NCBI RefSeq assembly: GCF_002571385.2
Contig: NW_019218428.1
Location: 15,792 to 79,621, forward strand
DNA: 63,830 nucleotides
Direction: 5' to 3'
DNA from: Stylophora pistillata
Taxonomy: Eukaryota
A model generated the notes under the pieces. It saw nothing but the letters and a program-made list of their open reading frames with translations, did no database searches and was not told the origin of the DNA. How positions within the stretch are numbered: position 1 is the first letter of the stretch; every line of letters starts with the position of its first letter. This document shows, piece after piece, positions 55,381-63,830 of the stretch. The translations under genes and the position numbers were made by a program.

Positions 55381-57808
55381 TTACAACATAGCATTGATAC
55401 ATTGTAGTTAAAGAGTTTTCTTTTATTTAACAAATCTTATGTGACCAGAGAGAACAAGCGCGCGGAAAAATAGTCTTTGCATATGCTCACGTCAGCAGCG
55501 TACACCCATGGGCAAATGGGGGACGCTAAATTGACCAATCAGAGCGCGCGCTTTACTTTGGTTATGTTCTAAAATGATCTCACGTCCACAAGGAACTTTC
55601 TAACTTAGAGATACCATGCAGTTCTCCTTGAGTTGGATTTTTTATTCATTGTTTCGCTCCTTGCAGCCTTCCCCGGTCATGGTCCAGGTATAGTGAAAAA
55701 AAAAACCTTGTTCTCTTTCTTTTTGCAATTTAAATTTAGTTTTGAACAGAAATGGTGTCAGTACGAGTTTTACGAAGCGTGCCTACCGTCTTTTGCACTT
55801 GATCTAAAGGTCTTCAAGACATCCACAAGGCTTTTCCGGTGTTGTTCGGGACATATTGCAGCACCACTCAAGCTCGCTAGTAAGTAGAATGCCATCAAAC
55901 GTTATACAGTGAGCCGAATGATTCGCGTCCTCTGATTCGTGTCGTATAAAAGTTTTAGTAGCGTGGACGGGTCTCGATTCCATCACAGAGTTAAGAGGCA
56001 GTCAAAATAGGTTGAGAGCAAGAGCGATAGACCCGCTTAAAGCTGTTGCACCACTTTTCCTTGTTCTCGTCACACGTTTTTGAGTAATAAGTGATCTTTA
56101 ATTTGACAGACTCAATGACAGCAAACTGAAAGCTATTGGTTAATTTTCATTTGGCTTCCAAAAATGATTGGGACGACAGGGCCAAATAACGAAATTCTTA
56201 GGGGTTGTACAAAGTTTCAGTGGAGGTTGTTGTGTAAAAGAAAAGCGGCAAGGAAAACGACGCCTCGAGACAACAGAGTAGGAAATCAACCATGCGAACG
56301 ATTGAAAATCCGTTTCCGCTGCAAAACCTAGCGCATGCGCATACGTTATTCAGCTCTGTCGATCTGGGCGACATTTTCGAAGCAGGTGATGGCAAAAAGA
56401 TAAAAGCTGAAGCTATTTTCTTTTCCTGTTGTTTCGAAAAGCAAATATTTTTGGTATGTTGAGAACTGCATTCGAGATGTTGCCTCTGCCCTTACTTGGA
56501 CTATAAATATGATTCACAGCGGATTAGAAGATGAACAAGGTCGGTTAAAAATGAAAAAAATGATAATAAATTTATTTACCGATACCTCTTTATTTCAAAA
56601 ATTATTCGATAGTTTGTTCAGTTTACTTCTCTGTCAACTCTTCTTTTCCCTTCTGTCGCCCTTTTCTCAAACTCCTTTTCCCAATTAAATGCTTTTGAAC
56701 TAGGCCTTGATCCTTTACACGACATTTAGAACAAGTTCTTCAGAAGCTTCCTTTTGAAATATATTTAAACTCATCAGAACTGTCACCCAAAATTCGTCCA
56801 ATGAAGTTCCGAACCATCATTTCTTCAGACAACGTTAGAAGTTTGCGATCCAAATAAATCCAACAACATTTTAAGAGTCAGTTTGGATTCTCACAACAGT
56901 GTGTATTTAATGAGGTAGAATATATAACTAAGTATAAATGACCCTATTTCAACTTTTCGAAACAGATCTCAATTATCCAACTGAGGTTCTCCGCGAACAG
57001 CGCTTGAAGAAAGTCACAGAGCTTCTGACCATTGTTATAATGTCGGCTGTTTGTCTCACAATAAATCACTCGACTCTGAGCCGGAAAAACTTCCTGTCGT
57101 AAATAGGTGAAAAGAACTCTTTGAACGGGTTTGGAAGGGAGCTTAAAGAACTGGGGAGAGAAAGTGAAGTGGAGGCTCCGGATAATTGATTTGAGAATAA
57201 AAACCACTACCACTTTTAAACTACTGTTTTTTTGTAAAGCTCGTTTACACAGCCACAAATAGTTCTGTTTGGAACTTACAATAAGAGAGGGAAAGTTTAA
57301 CAGGACAATTCAAATCGTAAAATAATCTTCTCTTGCTTGTATATTTACTTTTTCACGAAAAGTTATCGAGATAATATGCATGACCCAGTGTATCGAGCTC
57401 GCTTTCAAGCATATTGAACTTCTGCTATTCGCAGCTTTTTTTCTCATTCTGGAACATCGTTTTATTTAAGGTACATCGACGTTGAGAGTTTTGCTTACAT
57501 CTTTCCACAAGAAGAAAGTGGCAAATCGTATTCACAAGCAAACTTTCACCAGAAGACAAAACGACAGTTAAACCTAAAATGTTAAACGACATCATTAACT
57601 TTATTAGCAAAGCCGTGTGCTTGTTTTTTAGTTCGAACTAGAAAAGCTTAGAAATATCAGTTTACAAATATCAACTCCATGGAATAAAAAAGTAATTTTC
57701 TTCTTCGTTTCCCCATTGACTAGCGCGGACCAGCTTGTAAAGCGAAATAAAATTAAAAGTATCTCCGTAGATGCCTTAGACATTTAGATTTGCCACTGAA
57801 GCATAGCA

Positions 57809-60081
57809 TTAAAAGATCAAAGGGATCTGTTCGTCCTCATTGAATGTGATGGATGCTTGCTTAGGATCCAGGGTCCAATCACTCTTGACCGATGTGCCAT
57901 TCACCTCTTGAATTTTCTGCAAGACAGGTATAATTGAATTGAGGGGATTAAACAACTTTACCTACGAGTCATAGCAATACGGCCAGGATATGAAAGTGGA
58001 AGCTAAACAGGTGTAACTACTGTTCAAAGATATCGACCTTTTTTGTTTTTGTTTTTGTTTTTATTTCTCTTTTGAGATCAGGCTAATTTAAGCAGATTAA
58101 CTTTGTTTTTTCCGAACAGTTCTTGTATTACTAGGTGTTGTACATCGACAATATACACATACTTTGTGATCTGGTTTCAGGCCTTTCGCTGGGACCTTCT
58201 TCTCCTTCCCGACTCCTGGATTTTGGACCTGCTCGTTCCCGTTGACTCTGATGGATGCATCTTTCACCACTTGAATTTTCTACAATTCAGATGCAAGTCA
58301 CTTTAATAGGAAATTTGAAAAGTAAGCCTTACTTTTCATTATGGAATAATTACCCTAACTGTTTAAATCTCTCTGGTGCAAGCAAATCGACCACATTGAC
58401 CGTCGATCTTTTTAAAGCATACACTGACAATGTAAACATACTTTCTGTCCTGGGGCCAGGGGTTTTGATGGGGGGTACGTCTTCCTTTTCTCGTCTGAAG
58501 CCTCTAGTGTCTCCTCTTCCGTTACAGATATTGGTAGTATTGGTTGAATCTGCTCTTCACAACAGATACAAATCAAGTTAATGGGAAATTAAATGGGATA
58601 ACAAAGTTATGAGTTACAAGAAAGCTAGCACAGCCTGGAAAATGGAGCTGAAGCTCGATCAAATGCACATTTAAACACCTTAAAAGACCGTACAGCATAC
58701 AATGACAATGTAAACATACTTTGTGTCCTGGTCTCAGGGGTGTTGCTGGGGGGTACGTCTTCCTTTTCTCGTCTGAAGCCTCTAGTGCCTCCTCTTCCGT
58801 TATTGGTATCGGCAGTATTGCTTGGGCCTGCTTGTCAACGCAGATACAAATCAAGTCATTGGGAAATTGAATGAGATAATAAAGCTTTGAGTTGCAACAA
58901 AAACAGCGCAGCCTGTAAAATGGAGCTGAAGCTCCCTCTAATGCACAGTTTCGTACTTCTAAAGACCGAATAAAACACTATGACAACGTAAACATACTTT
59001 GTATCCTGGGGCCTGTGGTGTTGATGGGCGGTACGTCTTCTTTTTATCGTCTAAAATTTTCCGTGTCTCTTCTTCCATTAATGTTGGATGGCCCTGCTCG
59101 TCAAGGAAGATACAAATAAATTATATTGAAATTTTTAATACGATGAATTAACCTATGATGACTCATAATAACAATAAAAAAACACAGCTTGGAATATGGA
59201 GCTGAAGTTCGATCAAACTCACATTTACGGGCTTCAAAAGACGATACAGCTTGCAATGACAATGTAAACATACTTTGTGTCCTGGTCTCAGGGGTGTTGC
59301 TGGGGGGTACGTCTTCCTTTTCTCGTCTGAAGCCTCTAGTGCCTCCTCTTCCGTTATTGGTATCGGCAGTATTGCTTGGGCCTGCTTGTCAACGCAGATA
59401 CAAATCAAGTCATTGGGAAATTGAATGAGATAATAAAGCTTTGAGTTGCAACAAAAACAGCGCAGCCTGTAAAATGGAGCTGAAGCTCCCTCGAATGCAC
59501 AGTTTCGTACTTCAAAAGACAAAATAAAACACGATGACAATGTAAACATACTTTGTATCCTGGGGCCTGTGGTGTTGATGGGGGGTACGTCTTCTTTTTC
59601 TCGTCCGAAGCCCTTAGTGTCTCCTCTTCCGTTACTGGTATTAGCGGTATTGCTTGGATCTGCTCGTCAACGCAGATACAAATTAAATTAAATGGAAATT
59701 AAACAAAATGAGATAATAAAGCTATGAGTTCCAAAAAAAAAGAACAACAGCACAGCCTGGCAATTAGAGTAGAAGTTCAATCAAATGCACAGATACGCAC
59801 TTCGAAAGACGATATAGTGTACATCGACAAAATACACATACTTTGTATCCTGGTTTTAGGGGTTCTGCTGGGATCGCCTTTTTTTCTCCGGCTATAGATT
59901 GCAGTGTCCTTGCTTCATTGACTGATGTCAGCCATTCTTCTGCATCTTGGATCTCCTCGTAAAGGTTCGTAGTTATGTGTTCTCCATGTTGTAACAGGGT
60001 CTTCTCTTGAGAGTTCACCGCACTGGAGAACGTTGCATGACTGCACACCAATATAAACATTAAAACAGCATAGCACATCAT
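57809..60081 (-). CDS. Uncharacterised secreted multi-repeat precursor (330 aa, 8 coding exons, all introns phase 0); candidate peptide prohormone
   Basis: Exons 59842-60081 (signal peptide MMCYAVLMFILVCSHATFSS...), 59552-59659, 59274-59381, 58998-59093, 58720-58827, 58442-58549, 58163-58279, 57809-57916. Every donor is AAA|GTATGT and all exon lengths are multiples of 3, with no internal stops. Confidence 0.8.
58400..59860. repeat. Tandem duplication of about 277-bp exon+intron units, with a 554-bp higher-order duplication
   Basis: Exons 58720-58827 and 59274-59381 appear identical and are offset by 554 bp. The flanking introns are near-identical. Confidence 0.9.
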
Positions 60082-62525
60082 CTGTATACAACCGATAAAA
60101 AATGAAATTGAGAGCTTTCCAAAACCACAAGAAAAGAAATAAAGAGGAACGAATCTTTATTATTAAAGTTCACCTAAATTTCGATAAGTTCTCGGAAGAA
60201 GTAATCTTTGATATCATGTTTGGTAGCGTCTTTTTTCCCAAGTTCCCAAGAAAACCTAGTTTTTTCCCCATTCTGAAGGATAGAAATCCCAAACACTTTT
60301 CCATTTGGATTTACTCTATTATCCACGCGATCTTTTAAAGACTTATTGAATGCCATGATGTCCTACATTATTTGATCACCATGGCCATGGTCAGCAATCA
60401 TTTCAGACCGTTTGATTTTGTCCCTTATTATATCTCAGAGAAATTTAAAAAGCAAATCATTTATTTCTTTTAACGATTTGAAACGTAGACATACTGATGA
60501 CATACTACAGACCAATTGGAAAGGCAGTTAGCGTCTTTATAATTGTAATCCTTCCAGGAAGCGTTAATCTCTTGTTTTGCTTTTTGTTCAGATATTTGAA
60601 AGCAATTTTTTAGTCAGTTTTGGGAAGGCCAGTGTTGTATATGGCAAGGTTTTTAGGATTTCTAAATGGCTTCTCTTGACCAGTGATTCTCGTGACCACT
60701 ATGTCGCGTCTTCCCGCACTATGATAGGATAACGCAAATAAAAAGATGCTAAGAAACCCGCGTTTTTTCTATTTCATCTTGTTTTTTAAAAGCTCTCGAT
60801 AAGGAACTTTGTCTATTTCAATGTTCAGTGTTTGGACTCCCCAGTTTTCATCAGTTTCTACCGCTTATCACGATTTCTCTTGACTCGACGATCCGAATGA
60901 TTCGATCAGTTAATCGAAAAATCGATGTAAAATCGAAACACATTTTTACTATTAACATCTAGCTATTTAGGATGTGCACCCTCTGCAAATAAAACAGAGA
61001 TTTTCTGGATGCGAGAGTGGCTTCCTGACGATAATACGTCATAGTAGAACAGCTTACCCTTTCTTATGCTGTCGCTTCCACCAGGGGTAGTAGCAAACGA
61101 AAAATAGATTTCGCGGAAAGGAAGAAACATTTTTGTTCGTGAAAGAAAACTCGTGACTCTTCGTGACAACAATGTGACTGGGTACACGTATCTTTTACTT
61201 ATTTAAATTACACATGAGAAAAATACGCGCGTCTGATTGGCTGAAAAGAGTGCAGTGAAATTTAATCGTTCATGGTTACCTCAAAAGGAAAAAAAGGTGG
61301 GGAAACTAAGACTAGAGACTTTTCGAACAAAAGTTTATTCTATATAACGACTATTCCGTTGATCAACCTTTTTTTTTAAGTTTTATCAAGAGTTATAAGC
61401 GTTAAAAACACCGCGACTAAGACTCAAAGCATGTCGGAGCACACGTGATGGGGTCAATGATCGGTCGTTGTTTAGTAAATCAGCTCACACTATACTCCCC
61501 AAAGATCGCGCCTTTCCCCACAACACAACCGCAAGGTATATGTATTTTATTATCTGTAGAGGAAATACTGTGCTACTGGAAACTGTTAATTACCACGTAG
61601 CCTCAAAAGGGCATGGCTCTGACTGCCTGAAAAACGATCAAGTTCAGTCTAAGCTGTTCACAGGAATCAGCAGTGCAGTTACTTCGCGGTTGAAATTTTG
61701 AACGCGTAAATAAACGCGGTTATAGAATGAAGACACCAAATTCACCCCAAATGTCTCATATCTATTAAGGACATTATTTGTTTTGAAAAAAATCTATTAA
61801 AGGTAGATCTAGAAATAATCGTGACAAACTGTTATTTATTTCAATTTCAAAACTAGCCGACTACAATTATCTGTGACTAAAATATATATTTATTCATTCG
61901 TGTTAGTTAATTTGAAGCTAACCTTGGTAACGGAAAATTGCCTCGAGCGATCATTCAAATTGACTTTGAATTATTCTTTAATTTAAAAGCCTAATGATTT
62001 GTTTCTGTGTAATATAATATTTCGATCAATATTACTCATATTTTCGCCATGCTGCATAAACGCGACACCAAATTGATTTGCTTTCGCGGGGGCTGTTTCA
62101 TCTTGATAAACATAATTAAAAACCATTGAATATAAATGTTCACTGATTAAATTTTCTTTAGGAGGATTAAAATCAGATATTGAAATTTTAGCTAACCCTG
62201 ATAAACGAACTCCTTTTACTAAACACATCACATGAAAAGCACAAAAGCTCGATCACGCAGAGTTTGATTGCCGCGATCAAAAGGTTGTGGTCTCCCCAAT
62301 CATTCTGTATAAATCAATAAATATATATTTTTCATTTCCGTTTTGAGCCTTTTTACCTGCGGCAAAACCACTAGTTATTCGTGGAATGGCTAACGGTGTC
62401 AACAATGTACGTATTTAAGTAAATATTTGATCTGTCGGTGCTTTCGACGTGAATTCGATAAATACAGCCGTCGAAAATACTTCCATACCTTAAGCAAACG
62501 ATCTAAGTCGGCAAACGTTCCTGCT

Positions 62526-62903
62526 TTACATTGCACTGATTCCCGAGTCAAAGCTTTCTGTCGCCTCCGAATCGTTCAGGATGTCATCTCCATCGACCCT
62601 TGTCATGTTTTTAATCCTTTGCCGAAGAGCTATGAGCTGACGTGCTAGATTTTTGTCTTGTAATTGTAGTTCTTGAAGTTCCTTACGTACCCATGTAATA
62701 GCGTTCTGTAGATCTTCTTGTCTTTCGGCTATGGTTGCTCCCTCGCGCTGTATTACGGGAGCTTTGTTGCCCCTTTCACTGACCATTTTTTCTCCATTGA
62801 CCGCGCTGTCATTAAAATACTCCCTCGTTTCTGGCTCGTCGGTAAAATTAACACGGCGTTGTTGTTCGAGTTTCGCATCATCAGTTTCATTCGATCTGTT
62901 CAT
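62526..62903 (-). CDS. FAM167-like protein (single coding exon, 125 aa)
   Basis: AITWVRKELQELQLQDKNLARQLIALRQRI matches the FAM167 coiled-coil signature (WLRKELxEMRLQDQQLARQL) as I recall it. Confidence 0.75.
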   Translation of the reverse strand: MNRSNETDDAKLEQQRRVNFTDEPETREYFNDSAVNGEKMVSERGNKAPVIQREGATIAERQEDLQNAITWVRKELQELQLQDKNLARQLIALRQRIKNMTRVDGDDILNDSEATESFDSGISAM

Positions 62904-63471
62904 CTTAAAGATGGGTTATACGAAGAGATAAGTCTTTGGAATAGTTTCTCGGTGACCTGTCGAATATTGCTCATCAAATGATTCTTTTTCGAGTAGGTTG
63001 TGAAATGTTCGCTTTTGACTGGGGTCTACTATCACTTCCTGCGAGAGTCACGAACTCGTGTGATTTATGACTTCGGCATGTTTTGATTCTTTGCAAATGT
63101 AAATATTAACCGCTATCAGAGGCCTCTATTATTTCCTGCCAATCACATCGTCGGAATGTTGTTTGCGTGCGCATTTTAAATAAAGTTCTTCGTCACGAAA
63201 AAGTTTAATGTCTCGTGCTCCATTCTTTTCTTTCAATCGCATTTGCTGATATTCTTCACATATAACAAGTGAAACACAGAAAAAAGAATAATTGGGACTT
63301 AATTATAAGTCTAGTTTGTCGCAGCCATGTTGGTTAGCGGTCATTAAAATGGAGTGTGCGCAGCAATACCTGAAAATGAACATGGCGGACGGAGGCTAAA
63401 TCTTCCGATCTTTATCTAAGTAAACTCGTGTATCCATTTGCAGTGCGTTAGCTGCCCTGGTCTAGGAAAAA

Positions 63472-63662
63472 ATGAAGTAATTTATTTTAATGTGTATTTT
63501 CTTAAATCAGCTGATTTTTTTAAAAAAAGGAATCAGCTGTTTTTTTGCATCCTTTTTCTTAGGCTAAACATAGACGGCCTCCTGGTGTACTTTCCTTACG
63601 ACTATATCTATCCTGAACATTATTCGTACATGATGGAATTGAAAAGAACTCTTGATGCTAAG
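63472..63662 (+). CDS. ERCC2: TFIIH helicase subunit XPD, first two coding exons (continues beyond window)
   Basis: Micro-exon ATG AA at 63472-63476 plus exon 63563-63662 give [35 protein letters not shown], nearly identical to the XPD N-terminus. Confidence 0.9.
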
Positions 63663-63830
63663 GTACGCCATTTCAGATAGCTTTGAGTTTATTTCCAGCA
63701 TACTGCGCCAGTCACCCCGAATATCTTCGGTGTAGGTTTCACAGTTGTGTGACGTAACCAAACGTAAGATTTTCAGTTCGAAGAATGCATACAGTGATGC
63801 GTCGTGCAGCACCTGTATCATGTTTGAGGA

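Noticed and set aside
56560-57300. Possible decayed transposase-like stretch
   Set aside because: Multiple stops in the frames I read and no recognisable motif, so a call cannot be supported.
58400-59860. Regularly spaced repeats resembling a CRISPR or recombination array
   Set aside because: Fully explained as duplicated exon-intron units with canonical splice sites.

Overview
AT-rich, intron-containing animal genomic DNA with two N-gaps (2891-3657, 27917-27927). The repeat families and gene complement suggest an anthozoan, probably a stony coral; this is inference. Gene order reconstructed by hand from splice sites and reading-frame phase: SIRT2 (-, 5' part), KIZ/kizuna (+, 10 exons, one 22.5-kb intron), RCE1 (-), GNPAT (+, ends in PTS1 SKL), an unknown secreted multi-repeat precursor (-, 8 exons), a FAM167-like gene (-), and the first exons of ERCC2/XPD (+). 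The most interesting signals are four. (1) The large KIZ intron holds an antisense cluster of secreted, furin-site-bearing, Arg/Lys-rich single-VWA genes with three homologous leader exons but only two VWA exons, and one leader carries an in-frame TGA. (2) The secreted precursor has one peptide per exon, with acidic spacers, K(R/K)K sites and Pro-rich TYPPxTPxxPG units, and resembles a peptide prohormone. (3) A Penelope-like retroelement remnant carries minimal hammerhead ribozyme motifs, next to an apparently perfect 565-bp-arm palindrome at a gap. (4) There are single-codon anomalies in KIZ and in the XPD Q-motif.
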